DNA of 64,000 bases from Veleropilina oligotropha (Eukaryota), in the NCBI GenBank assembly GCA_048128005.1, contig JBEUKZ010000097.1:62001-126000 (forward strand), in the 5' to 3' direction. The position numbers and the translations under genes were made by a program. Below, piece by piece: positions 1 through 13,435 of this stretch. How positions within the stretch are numbered: the stretch's first letter is position 1; the number at the start of each line of letters is the position of its first letter. The notes under the pieces were generated by a model. It made no database searches and had not been told where the DNA came from. It was given only the letters and a program-made list of their open reading frames with translations.

Positions 1-2195
1 GTCTACACTACCAACTCTGTAAGGTTTATCCAAACAAAAAATCCAACATGGCTGCCAGAAAATAAAAATGATTTCCCACAATTCATGAAAATGGTGTATT
101 TGCACCATATTACTATTACATATACGGTATTTAACTATATTTGCTAACAATAATGTGCTGTTATTTACGTTTTTTCTCATAAAATAGGCTTAGCTAGTGT
201 ACACTACTAACTCGGCAAGCTTTTTTATCAAAACAAAAATTCCAACATGGCTGCCGGAAATCAAAATGGCTGCCAAAATATATGAAAATGGTGCATTTCA
301 CCAGATTTCTTCGCAATAATGTAGATTTATTTAGACTAAAAAATGAGATATTTATCAGAAACGTTTTTGTTTTGCCAGATACGATCACAAACCAAGTTTC
401 AAATTCAGTCGGAATTAAAGGCCGGAGCATTGGAAACAAATCAGGCGTATCCATTTACAGGTTATATGCTATCTCCAACCAACAACACTTTAAACGCATT
501 GCAGAAGTTTATAATTACTGCTCTTTCTGCAATATTATCTCTTAAGTCTGATGAATGCAAATGCACATTACCCCACATTTTAAGGGAGTAATGCACCCCT
601 TAATACACCACCCCCAATTAGTGTCGCCCGTTCGGAAAATGATAAACGCTATCATATTATAATGACAATCAGACACATCTACCCCCTTTCGCATTTTGAG
701 ACTGCTAAAATAATTTCTTTTGACAATCGTGGTCAATATATCTAACGTACAGCTTCCTATTAGTGCATCATATAATATAAAGTTATTATACATTATTGTG
801 TACAGTATGTGGATTTATTGTAAGAGTTCAGGTTGTGGTGAAAAGTGATATTGGACGAGACGCAATATCACTTTTCACCACAACCTGAACGAGTACAATA
901 AACACATGCTGTACACAATAATGTATAATGACATTTTTATTATCCATCTCGGTGTCAAATAGGTTTAGATCTGTATTTTGGTAATCTAACAAATTAATCG
1001 CATAATCAGTTCTGCATTAATTGAATATAAATGTTAATAGGCCTACTGGAAATCGTGGTCGCTCAATATGCCATTTCAATTCAAATTGCATAATATGAAC
1101 CACTTTCGTACAGCTTAGGCCTACTACTTACTTTCATAACTTTTATTCCCAAATAGACTATAAAAAATTGTCATCCTATACTATAGCTGAAAGCTGCGTA
1201 CATTATCGCAAAACTTCTGGATGAAGTAATAATCTCAACAATTCAGCTTTACTGTGTATACTATACTCAGTAACTGCATAATTTATATGATTCAAGACAT
1301 ACATGACACAATTTGATATTCGACGTCTGAGCGTTGACGTTAATTATCGTATATTTTGATAGAAGTAACTTAAATTTCAGAGCAAGTGTTGTTTCGATTT
1401 GAAATTTTAACATGAGTCGATCGCCATCATATCTGAAAACAACGCCATCTTGACCTTCTTACATTCTGACCACGTCCATATACCAAAACTTTTATCAAAT
1501 GAAATTGGAAATCATTCTTGTACACAATTTCTGACAAATTATATATGATGTAAATGGAAAGCAATATAATTGTCAATTTCCATCAATTCAGCATCACAAA
1601 TGTAATTGTTTATTACTTACGTCTTTGTCTCTGTTGAACTGGCCTCAAAATGAATCTTCACTATGGATATCCGATATATGTACGTACCATCATGGCATCA
1701 ATTTAAAATCACGACTTATTTAAGACTGTTAGCATCACCTGAAACAAAGAACAGATTGATTGAATTGATGTTTAACGACCACGCTAACAATATTTCAGTC
1801 ATAATCGGGTCGAATCTTTTTGGTGGACTCTGGTAATGACACAAGATAGTTCTGTATCTGTATCTGTAATTTACCAGAAAATGCAGAAATTTACCTCAAT
1901 CATGAGTATAAACTTCCGGGTTGGGGGAGTGCTTAGTTTACGGTGTTGTTAATTTTTGCACAGTTTTGGGTGCGTACGGTGTTTTTGGGTAGGGAATTCC
2001 AGTCTAATGTTGTGCGTGGAAGAATGAGTTCCGGGTGATTTCTGTATTTGTAGTTTGTTGTCTGAAATTCTGGCTGTTTTTGGTGCGCACTCTGGTGTTT
2101 GTGTTTGGTTCAAGGTGTTCATCTACATGAATAGCCACTATAATCCCTTTAAATGTGATCTTGTAAAAGAGGACTAGTCTCTGCTCGCGTCGGCG

Positions 2196-4658
2196 TAGCC
2201 CGATAAATCTGCCCCTAATTACAAGCTCGAAATCCTGACGGTCGCGTGTATACGGTCAGATGTCGCCGCTATTAAACAAGCACAGAATGTGTGCAATAAC
2301 CTGCGTCATAAGCAAAATTTCTACTGTGAAACATGTGTGATACATATAATACAGACCATGCTTCTGTATGATTTCATAGAATTCACAAATTGGTTTTCAA
2401 GAGTTACGCCCCTTTGACAGACTTAGTTAACTATAATAAAGTTGATTAATTATAATTTAATAAAGTATGCAAAATCTTAAAATGTTTAACTGTTATACCT
2501 CTTTTACTACTGTGAAACATGTGTGATACATATAATACAGACCACGTTTCTGTATGATTTAATATTTATTCATCAAAGAGGCTGTCATGGTAATTTGCTA
2601 TTCTGTTAGGCAGCATCTCTCAATTCATACATCAAGTGGTCATGCACTTTTTTCAAATTGGCTTGTTGTCGAAGTCGCCTAAAAGGTGGAAGATCTGGTT
2701 GAAATCATTTCAAAATTGTCTTCCCCCCAAGAAGAACAACAACAACAACAACAACTTACATGTATCATTCATTGACCCTGCTAGACGCAGGTAAAAAGCG
2801 TGGGTCTGTAACCCAAATCTAGCGACAGCGATATCGACACCTTAAACGTGCCATACGGCGAATCTTTCGATACCCACATATCAAGAAAACATTTCACACT
2901 CACCTGACTTTATTTTTGATCAATCCTAGTGATATAAGTCACATCATAAGCTTATATCAGGGGCGTCGCGACCGGGGGGGGGGGTAAGGGGGGTATTTAC
3001 CCCCCTAAAATTTTGGAAGCAAGTGCCCTTGCATAAGCTTAATGTTAACGCCATTACACTATACGGACTTCATCGAAGACAAAATTAGCAACATACCATA
3101 AATATGTTAAAGTATTTTGTTCTTAAATACCAGAAAAATGCATCTGAGGCACTTAAATTCTCAAATTTTCCTGGAGGGGGTCCCCCATACCCCCCGCAAA
3201 GGGCTTCGCGCCTTCGGCGCTCGCATTACTGGCTCAGGCAATATGAATACTAGTACTTGCCAACCCTACCGACTCACGCGGTAGGTTTGCCTGTACGGTA
3301 GTACACGGGAAAGATTATTTGCCATGATCGAACACAGGGGCATTGTTACTATGAACTGCGCTAATCGTCAAACGGAAACAGACGAACGATAAACAGCGTT
3401 ACACGCCCCTGTGTGATCGAATACGCGACCTGACATCACGCGTTTCGGTAATATAAAGTCCGCGAAGACGGTAGCGCGTTATGGGTATGTGACGCATAAT
3501 ATTCAACCAATGAAATTGTCAGGAGGGTTTGCTGGTCAATCTTTGCCATGGTCGATTTCGCGAATAATTATTGCTTGCAAAGTTGGCCCTAGCTATTTCG
3601 TTCATTAGTTTTGTAAGCGTAATCAATAAAGACATTTCATTGCGAGATTTCCGGATATGCATAAACTAGGCCTATATGCAACATATTAGATAATGGTACC
3701 GAATGTTCAATCAATATCATTAATGATTTGTGGCATTGGCTAGACAATTACTGCAGTTGAACAAGTTCTTTCGTTATCTTATCAGCGATTCGCCGTCATA
3801 ATTCTCTCCCCCCCCCCCTAGAACATTTGTAAACCATGTCCGTAATATAGTGACTGTAAAAAATAGTATTCAACAAACGAAGTACCGTACGTAGTCAATT
3901 TATATTCCAGAATTCAGGAATATATGTGGGCGAGTACTAATATTATCGAATATTTATTTTAACATGTTTTTAATAATTTCTGCTCTCCAAACATGAAATT
4001 TTGAGGCAAAAATAATGTCAATTTTTGTCCTAGAATTCAGGAGAACGCTTCTCAGAGCTTCTGAATTAAAAAAATCTTGGGGGGGGGCATGCCCCCAAAC
4101 CCCCCTAGATATTCGCGGCCTACGGCCGCTCACGTGGCTACCTCTTTATTGCCATAAAAGATTGGGAAGTATGCAATATGAGGTGCCCTTGGTTAATGCT
4201 ACCCCCCTAACGAAGCGTGTTAATTCGAAGCCATTAACAAAGCGAAAACGTTCGTATCAACCAATCAAAGCGGGTTTCCGGTTGGTTAACCCGCTTTGAT
4301 TGGTTGATGCGAATGTTTTCGTTTTGTTAATGGATTCTAATTAACACGCTTCCAGTAACAATATAAGCTTATAATGTGACTTATGTCACTAGGATTGATC
4401 AACAATAAAGTCAGGTGAGTGTGAAATGGTTTATTGATATGTGGGTATCGAAAGATTCGCCGTATGACACGTAAAGGTGTCGATATCGCTGTCGCTAGAT
4501 TTGGGTTACAGAACCACGCTTTTTTAATAGCGGCGACATCTGACCGTATACACGCGACCGTCAGGATTTCGAGCTTGTAATTAGGGGCAGATTTATCGGG
4601 CTATACACGCGACCGTCAGGATTTCGAGCTTGTAATTAGGGGCAGATTTATCGGGCTA
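2196..4658. mobile_element. Foldback non-autonomous DNA transposon (Mutator-like, long TIRs), interrupted by two insertions
   Basis: Termini TAGCCCGATAAATCTGCC / GGCAGATTTATCGGGCTA. 9-bp TSD GCGTCGGCG at 2187-2195 and 4659-4667. Arms 2196-2957 and 4360-4658 are inverted copies, with a palindromic core at ~4212-4352. Confidence 0.8.
2274..2797 (-). mobile_element. HINE/DINE-like (Helentron-associated) element, copy 1
   Basis: Near-identical inverted copy at 58836-59342. SubTIR ACCTGCGTC/GACGCAGGT, terminal hairpin GCACA-CATTC-TGTGC, short (CAA)n tract. Confidence 0.7.
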
Positions 4659-5217
4659 GCGTCGGCGTTCTTCGAGTGGTTTGAGACCAAACTCACTCAG
4701 CATTGATGTGACGCTGCTGTCTCTTCTGTAGTCCGCTATGCATATATAAAAACCTAATCGATATTGTCGCTAATCATCAATTCAATCAAACAAAGCATAT
4801 ATTATATATTCGTAAACAAAACATTGCATTCACCAAAAACACAAATATTTATTGGGAATTTGTGTTATTGTACGGCGCATCGTTGTCCGCCATGCTTGTA
4901 GGCCTAATGTTTTATTCTGCATCTGTCAGCTTTTATTTACAGTTACTTATGAACAGCTTCAAGTCATTTCTGTTGCTGTTCTTAGTATTCTGGAAGTGAT
5001 TGATCGAGTATGCCCAAAATATCATATCCGTTGCCTTCAAACATCGTTTTTCTAGCCGTAAGACGCCATCTTGAATTCTGTCTGCACCACCTGGGTGTGC
5101 TCCATTGACTGTTCCGAGTACTCCGCACATGTGCGAAATGAATGAATCGCACCAGAACAGTGTTCTCGCACAGTTCCGACTGTTCCAAAAAAATAGGTGG
5201 TGCAGACAGAATCCAAT

Positions 5218-7003
5218 ATGGCGTCTAACAGAAAAACGATGTTTCAATGCGAGGATTGCAGCCGACTTTTTTACGATATGGGCGCATATGGGAAGCACAA
5301 ATGCGATGATCCCGGTACGTTCGCAAATACGTTATTAACAGATTATCTGAGATATATATTTATGGTGTTAACGATACGATACGTCAATAATTTATCTCAA
5401 TTCTCGTTTTCCCGCGTGTAAATGAAGAGCATGAAAATAGTAATTATATATTTCTGTGTTTAATACATTACGATTAGCGTTATTAAAGCGTATGCCATGA
5501 ATCTATACAAAATCAACAGCCAATTAATAATTTGGAAAATACATTTGTAATTTAAATTGCAAAGTATTTGTAATTAAAATTATGATGAAAATGCCTCTTT
5601 AGAAGTTTGAATTTATTATATACCACTCATTAAAATGTGCAATATTAAAATTCAAAGGCTTCTTTAGTCGACAAGAAATATTATATATTAGTATGTCTAA
5701 ATTGCCAAATATTATTTGGTTGCATGAAGCCAGAAGGATGCAAATTTATGTTGCTACCTTTAATATCAGGTTGTACTTCCCTGTCGCGTTGTGGTTTGTC
5801 ATTCCTCGAGTCCAAAATATAATTTAAAAAAAAGCATAAGCCTTTGTTGAAACAACCATCCCGATGGGAAAGTTGGTCATTGACCGTACCGATAGAGCGA
5901 CGGCTCTGATTCACTTTTGTTAACTGCAATGTCTAAGAGGAGTTCAATTATCACGGCGTACCAATAGAGCGCCGGCTCTGATTCACTTTTGTCAACTGCA
6001 ATGTCTAAGAGGAGTTCAGTTATCAGTCAAAGTTGTCCATAGCTGGTCCTGGCCGGTGGGTTTCACCGGATTATCCGGGCTTCCCTCCTACAAGAATATG
6101 GACATGTCTCAATATGACCATAGATGTTACATTTGAACAATAAACACCAAAAACGATGGTCTTTACACAATAAACGCCCTACTAGTGATTAAATGAAGTT
6201 GTATATGTATGATTCCTAAATGGCAAATTCATTGTTAATAGACAACTTTTATACCATGGTTGTGAAACATCATTTCATGTCATAAAAGTAACACAAGTTG
6301 CTACTAAATCCCCATTAAACTAATCACAAATATTATTCTAATTTTAGCATCTGGTGGATATGAACCACAGACATTGTTTGCTGAAGAAGCCTGCATCGAC
6401 CTCCCTGATTTGACAGAATCGTCCAACAACACAATGTCCACTAATGATGCCAGTGCCACAATATGGACAAAACCGGATACTCTACTACTAATTGATATGT
6501 ACAAGAGCAACGAAAAAAAGGTGTTTGGTGTAAAATTAGCAAGGCATTGGAAGCTCAAGATCCGCCCCTAAAGATGACATCATCTCAGTGTGAAGGGCGC
6601 TGGAAAACTCTAGTCAGGGGGGCTTAAAAATGTTGTGGACCACAACAAAAAGTCTGGTAACGACAATAAGAATCACCCATTCGAAGATGAGCTTGCATTC
6701 CTGACAGAGAGACCAAACATAAATCCAGAATATATCGCAACAACAGGTGCCAGACAGCCCAGTGATCATGAAGAGGAAGCTTCAACTTCAGGTACTGGTA
6801 GTAAAGAAGAACCATCAGCTAAAAAACGCAAAACCAAGTCTTCTACTTCTGAACTCCTTAATGTAATTAATAACTTTGTTGAAAATCAGGAAGCACGCCA
6901 TGAACAAGAAAGCAAGCGAATGGAAAAAATGCACAATGAGAGAATGAGTCTTTTTAAAGAATTCCTCTCGGTTTTGAAACCGAATGTTAATGATAAAGAT
7001 TAG
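5218..7003 (+). pseudogene. Harbinger Myb/SANT-like DNA-binding protein (exon 1 5218-5314, exon 2 6348-7003; frameshift near 6520-6570)
   Basis: Exon 1 MASNRKTMFQCEDCSRLFYDMGAYGKHKC, phase-1 GT donor at 5315, phase-1 TTTTAG acceptor at 6347. Motifs WTKPDTLLLIDMYK, QCEGRWKTL and HNKKSGN..HPFEDEL, followed by a coiled-coil tail. Confidence 0.75.
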
Positions 7004-7127
7004 TGGAAATCTATCTTTTTGGACAGATTATTGGCAAATTTAATTAATTTTGAGGCAGAAATATAACTGGCCTTACCTCATAATTATGATTATGTTATCG
7101 AAATGAACATTTTAAATTTTGTTTCAG

Positions 7128-7303
7128 GTGTGAAATCCAAGGATGATAACTTGTGTCAGATATGTATGGAGGATAATGCAGTTATAGATGCTGTGTTTTT
7201 TCCCTGTGGTCATATGATGTCCTGTTACATGTGTGCCAAACAGTGTGATGCATGTCCAATGTGTCGAATACAGACTCATGCAGTTAAAGTTTATAAAAAT
7301 TAA
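7128..7303 (+). CDS. RING-finger (C3HC4) exon inside the Harbinger element
   Basis: CQICMEDNAVIDAVFFPCGHMMSCYMCAKQCDACPMCR, preceded by acceptor TTTTGTTTCAG ending at 7127. Confidence 0.75.
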
Positions 7304-7838
7304 TCCCTTTGTGTATTAACAAGCTGTATACCAACACATAATTCTAATTGGCATTTAATTTATTTGTTTTGTACTTAATTTTTAGCAACGGTCAATTTCA
7401 GTTATAAAGAAATAATTAAATGTGATAGTTTTAGATCCCTATAATGATACATATTACTGTTTTTAGTATGAAATTGCACATAATTTTATTTAATTGAAAG
7501 TGTCAAGTAGTAATTTATTGTAGAATGCATAATTATTTTGTATGCATATTTTGTTGTATCTTTTTATGCATAATATAAGTTTGTGAAACTAAACAGCACC
7601 ATTACAATACCAACCAAGAGTGAATAGGTGTTGTGGTGCTAATTTGTTATTGTCATAGTAATTGCGTACATATAATACAGGTATTATGTGATCTGATTTA
7701 TTTTGTCTTCTGAAATAAACGGCACAAGTCTTATACAAATGCTTTTATTTATTTTTGATTAGCAAGAATATAAATGAACTCCCTTGCAATAGCATACAAG
7801 TTTATTTGAAATTTCTTTCAGTTCCTGTTTGGCAAACT

Positions 7839-9268
7839 TCATCTCAAAGTTTCAGCCACAGTGTCACGTTTTTGAGAACCTTCAGCATTGTTTTGACCAA
7901 CCAATACTATCTGCTGCACATTCTGCTGTGGGCAAGCTAACATAAAGTCTTGTACGTCCTCTTCATTTATTATACAAATATTGTGTACAATACAGCATGT
8001 GATGATGGTGTCCACTGCCGTTTTAATTTCTTGTGTATCAAGATAACGAAGCCTCCTAAATCTGCCTTTCAAAAGGGCAAACGCTCGCTCCACAACAATA
8101 CGTGACGATGAATGGGTGTAATTGTAATTGTTCTGTAGCTGCGTCAAACGACCATTGTCATGGTAGGGTGTTAGTAACCACTTGCGCAGCGGATACGCAG
8201 CATCTCCCATAAGATGTCCATTTCCACATAACTGTGGACCATCATTCCATAAATCCGAATTCTGTAACACGCGGGCATCATGGCAACTGCCTGGCCACCC
8301 TGCCACACAATGAATGAACCTCATATCATCTCGGCATACTGCCTGAAGAATAAGTGAATGAAATCCTTTCCGGTTAACGTATGACTGGCTATGTGTTTTA
8401 GGGGCTTTAATTTCAATGTGGGTGCCATCAACGGCTCCAACCACATCGGGAAATTTTCGTTTTGCATAAAACCTGTCCATGACCTGTATCAGTTCTGCAC
8501 CTTGTGGCCATCTAATGAACTTTGATTTAACATGATTTATAAATATTTCATAAACTCGTGACCGGCATCGCACCACAGACGCCTCCGTTACATTAAAACG
8601 GTCAGCCATGTTGTGCAACGTGTCCTGTGTTGCCAGATACCATAGAGTAATCATTAGATGTTTTTCAACTGTTATAGGTTCTCTTCCACCAGTCCAAGAT
8701 GGTAAGACTTCTTGACATGTTGACATATGCAAAAGTAATTGCTCAAATGTTACTCTTGAAACACGAAAAAATCTTTTAAAATCATCCAGCTGATATCAGG
8801 TAACTGTGTTCTCGACATAATTGAGTATCCTCTGGCGAGGTTGTTTAATCCTGAAAGACAAAACATCTTAATACAGACATTTACAATTATTATTATCGTA
8901 ATGACTATAGTATAAAACAAAACGAATTCGATGCTCACTATTAGTATGTATGTAAATCATTTAACATACTGTACTTTACAAAATGCATCGCCATCACATA
9001 ATTGCAAAAATGCTTATTGTCATGCGGGGATGCACCGGGTGATGCTTTATTTATATATTGTATGTATCCAAATAAAACGACATCATTTTGGGCTTAATGA
9101 CCCATCAGCTAAATAACCAATAAGTTTGTGCGTATATCAATAAACTACGTACGTCGTAGTTGCAATGGATGCCAACATAAAAAAGCCAGAGTCGTCTGTG
9201 TAGCTTAAATCATCATGAAAGAGGAATTCCTCAGCAAGGAGCAACGGTACTAATATTTTGTCCACCAT
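7839..9268 (-). pseudogene. Harbinger/HARBI1-like DDE transposase (exon 1 9268-9153, exon 2 8850-7839; one in-frame TGA at 8796-8798)
   Basis: Motifs GAVDGTHIEI, YVNRKGFHS, GWPGSCHDARV, LMGDAAYPL, VERAFALLKGRFRRL. Splice sites are phase-compatible. Confidence 0.9.
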
Positions 9269-11035
9269 ATTGCTGTTCTACTCCTGTTCTCAAATTCACT
9301 CCATTGACAACTGTTCTCGCACAGTTCCAGAACAGACCAATGAAGCACACCCACCTGTGACCTCCGAAACGCACACAGTCAGAACAGTCCTAGAACACTA
9401 TTCCCAGACACTTCATTGATCCCGCACATGTTCCGAGTAACTAGAGTACTCGGAACAGGTCAATGGAGCACGCCCCTTGTTTTAACAAATATTTACAAGT
9501 CACTTTGTGCGCCAATTTATTCCATATGCAAATTAACAATATATTAGTAATGAACTCTATTCTAGAGTAGTACCTATCTGTTTATTGATTAATAATCCTT
9601 TCTCGTCGCATCTGATAGTTAGAATGCGCTTAGAAACTTGCGTGTTTGTCAAGTTCCCGGAAAATCAGCTGTCATTTTTATTACTGCCACCTGGTGGAAT
9701 TTTGCAGAATTCAATTATCTCCCTTTTGTAATATTCATGATACATCGATGTAACAACATTGAACAAGAAACATGAATTTACCATGAGCCGAATATGACAA
9801 CTTAATAATAAATTAATAATAATATATGCATTTTAAAATACAGTTCAAAAAGAGTTAGATTAATTGTTGATGACAAAGTATGAAACGGTTAATAGAGCCG
9901 CTCTATTGACCGTCTACCATTCCACTACTCCTATAACATATGAGACCGGGTTGACGTGCCTTCCAAACCCTAGCTCATATATCCCAAGCACCATTTATGA
10001 CGAGCAGGTTCCCGACGAAATCCGTCGGGAACGGTTTTGGATCAAATTACTTATTAAAAATACGTTGAAACAAACAGTAAATACATAAATTGTATAAACA
10101 TGCATGAATATACACATGCCTGTTAGTTTTTATTGATTTTGTTGTTATAATGTATGATAAAACAGCATTATTTGTCAATGTTTAATCGTCAAACTTGTTG
10201 ACGGTATTTTCCTCCTCGGTCGCGCCATCTATACGAAGAATAGGCTAATGATTTTGATTGGTGGATTTAATGTAAACGTAACGCTAACGTCCCAAAATAG
10301 CGACCGTCTTCTGTTTACATTGTGAAAGTTAAAAACCGTCCGTTTTGTGTTCCAACATAGCTTTTCGGTGTTAAGGTAACAAAATTGGGGCAGGATGTGA
10401 TGAAATTTGGTATTAAGGAACATATACCGATGCAAGTAATTAAGTGATAAACTGTAGTTACTTTATTGAAATTTAGTATTTTTCACCACGGACGTGATTT
10501 TCACCTATAGATTATTCTGCGGTGAGAAATTTTAGCTCAGCCGTTAGAGTCTGATTAGGAACTATAGCAGGCTCTAACGTTGTTGGAGTACCATTCCACA
10601 AGCAACTGGTATGCTGTCAACTTCAGGGCTGATGGACACTTCCTTAGATTGCGCCTTAGTTATTAGTTAGGAATCCAAGTGTGGCGTTCGCCTTGCCTAC
10701 AGTACTGTTTTGTTGATGTGAGAGTCACATTTAAGAGTTTTTATAAAGGTAGGAACTCTCCTCGACTAGAGTAGGGTGTTGTTTAGTTGTGCAGAGTACC
10801 TTCAGATACCAGTTCCAAGCACAACTAGTACTACTACTCTAGGTGGAGAACAATTGGGGTATATTAAGTTTTAACGAGATCCTGCGGATTGTATAATTAT
10901 TGCAACATTTAGCATGGACAGATTGATCGCATAATCTCAACAATTCAGCTTTGCTGTGTATACTATACTGCATAATTTATATGATTCAAGACATACATGA
11001 CACAATTTGATATTCGACGTCTGGGCGTTGACGTT

Positions 11036-11187
11036 AATACGGTGCTGGTCTACTAAACGGGAGGTCACGGGTTCAAGCTCCCTTCATTGCACACAGCACC
11101 AATTCATTTCATCATTCAAAGCTGATTGACACGATTTATAACTGAAATACTGTTGGCGTAGTCATTAAACATCCATCATCATCATCT
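11036..11187 (+). mobile_element. tRNA-derived SINE family 2 (5'-truncated)
   Basis: Matches 36200-36350. B-box GGTTCAAGC and tail ATAACTGAAATACTGTTGGCG..TTAAAC. Confidence 0.6.
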
Positions 11188-12268
11188 TCCTGCTACAGAT
11201 GCAAACCTACTCCTCCAAATCTAGCATGCATCTCGTAGGATTAGAAGTTGGATCTTATGACCGAGCCCGGTACTATAAACCGCCAAAGATAACAAAATAC
11301 AACCTAGGATGGTGCTAGGACAAGTCCAAATTACCGCAAGATGATTTAAAGACCATTAAGGAAGACCTGCCTTCAACGACCGATTATGGACAACTGTGAC
11401 TGTTAACTGATCACCGTGCCTAGTCAAGGATTTGAATATTCGCTAGCCTACTAGTGCGACCTTTAAATTAAATAAAATTCTGACGTCAATAATTCGTTGC
11501 ACTCTCCCAATATTCCGGTTTGCTTATGTAAACTGTTACCATTTTAAGCATAAAAGTACAATTGTAACACCTAATTGTGCTTTATATTCCATATTTGTTG
11601 TTATACTATTAATTTTTGATTCATAGAATATGATCGCATGGCTTTAACGTGCCTGCTGTGGACACTGTGCGTTGATGGTGGCTCTGTCAGAGTAGTGCAA
11701 TGTATGCTCGGAAATTTCTGAATATGATTTGTGGCAGCTACTGCTCCATCTTCTTCCTCTCCAGTACTGGAATATTAAGGTCCGGAAAAAGCTCCGCTCT
11801 GGATTTGGGCAGAGTCTCTACATCAAAACAACTGTCATTAATGGAAAATTTCCACTAGATGCAAGGGTACGACAATGGAACATAACATAATAAGTGACAT
11901 TAAGCCTATATAGTAACCAAGATACAGTCTGGAAAAACGATCAGTCCACGATGTCAATCTCATTGCATGACGTCATTGTGCTACCCTACAATCGTCTCTG
12001 CAACCGATATTTAATATTCACATTCGGTCAAATTAAATATTACGTTTTACTAAGCAGTGGATCATAGCAGATCATTTTGAAACGGTCTTTCTTCACCCGT
12101 AATCGCGTCCATCTTGTTTCGAATGACATTCTAAGTTTATGCATGTGGGGTTATTTGCTTCGAGACATCACTTAATTTCCAAATAAACTGGACGTTTGGA
12201 GTGCATTTTATGGTAGCCATGGTTACCAATAATTAAAATTTTAAAAAGCCTAATAAAAAATGCCGTGT

Positions 12269-12568
12269 CACGAATGTAATGTGGTGATCTATCTCTCGGC
12301 AGAACCAGCATCACGAACGTGACGTGGTGATCTATCTCATGGCAGAACCAGCATCACGAATGTGATGTGGTGATCTATCTCACGGCAGAACCAGCATCAC
12401 GAACGTGATGTGGTGATCTATCTCACGGCAGAACCAGCATCACGAACGTGATGTGGTGATCTATCTCACGGCAGAACCAGCATCACGAACGTGATGTGGT
12501 GATCTATCTCACGGCAGAACCAGCATCACGAACGTGATGTGGTGATCTATTTCACGGCAGAACCAGCG
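12269..12568. repeat. Minisatellite, 43-bp unit x ~7
   Basis: Unit CACGAACGTGATGTGGTGATCTATCTCACGGCAGAACCAGCAT. Confidence 0.95.
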
Positions 12569-12694
12569 GTTGCAGAGAGAGAACGAAAGATGGCAGGGAC
12601 GATAACAATCTTGCTGCATTGTACAGGGTAGGGCAATATGACTTAACATACAATATCTCGGGTGATAATGATAACCCCAGTCAATCTTAAGATG

Positions 12695-12955
12695 AGGAAA
12701 GGAAAAGGAAATGAGCGATGCTTAATGTCCTGTATATTTACAAACACCAGGTTCAAAGCAGGTCCATATTATTGCAGGAGGAAAGCCACGTCGCCCGGGG
12801 AAACCTGCCCGCTCCGACCATTTACCGAGAACTGTGATTCATAAGTGACGAAATAATGTCATGTCCCAGACGAGATTCGAACCCACTACTGTTCATGTCA
12901 GCGGAATCAGATTTCAGAGTCTGCAACCGAAACCACACGACTGTCGGATCGGCCA
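12695..12955 (-). mobile_element. tRNA-derived SINE family 1
   Basis: Reverse-complement similarity to 20618-20882. Confidence 0.65.
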
Positions 12956-13435
12956 CCTTCGGAAGAGAATAAATACTATTATATATTATTGCGACAGGAA
13001 AGCCTGATCGCTTGGGGAAGCTCACCCGATCCGACCAGCTATGGACAAATGCAATTGATAACTGAACAAAAAATGTCATGATCCAACAAATCCGAACCGA
13101 TTCCTGTTAGTTAGCACAAACGAGCCTGTGATTTCAGAGTCGTCATTTGATACCAAACAACTAACGGGGTCGGTCTATAACATGAATAACTATTACATAT
13201 AATTAAAAATGACAATAGTAAAGGGAAAAGGGGATATTTTTATTGGAGTGTATAATTTAATATTCATGATGGGGTGAACATTTCATAGAATTTCAATATG
13301 ATTAGCCCGGGTGAAAAGTCAGTATGACACGTATTTACTGGAGTAGGTCTTGACACACAGTGCTGTTTTTGTCCAGTTCAGGTTTAGGTTACCATATGAT
13401 CCTTAATCTTGAAAGTGCTCAATTGTGATAACAGA

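Larger units (their letters stand above)
5093..9475. mobile_element. PIF/Harbinger DNA transposon
   Basis: TIRs GGGTGTGCTCCATTGACTGTTCCGAGTACTC (5093) and GAGTACTCGGAACAGGTCAATGGAGCACGCCC (to 9475) enclose convergent transposase and Myb/SANT genes. TSD not clean (CCT vs CTT). Confidence 0.88.

Noticed and set aside
12269..12568. CRISPR-like arrays (also 34417-34738 and 37806-38103)
   Set aside because: Units are contiguous with no unique spacers, no cas genes are present, and the context is eukaryotic.
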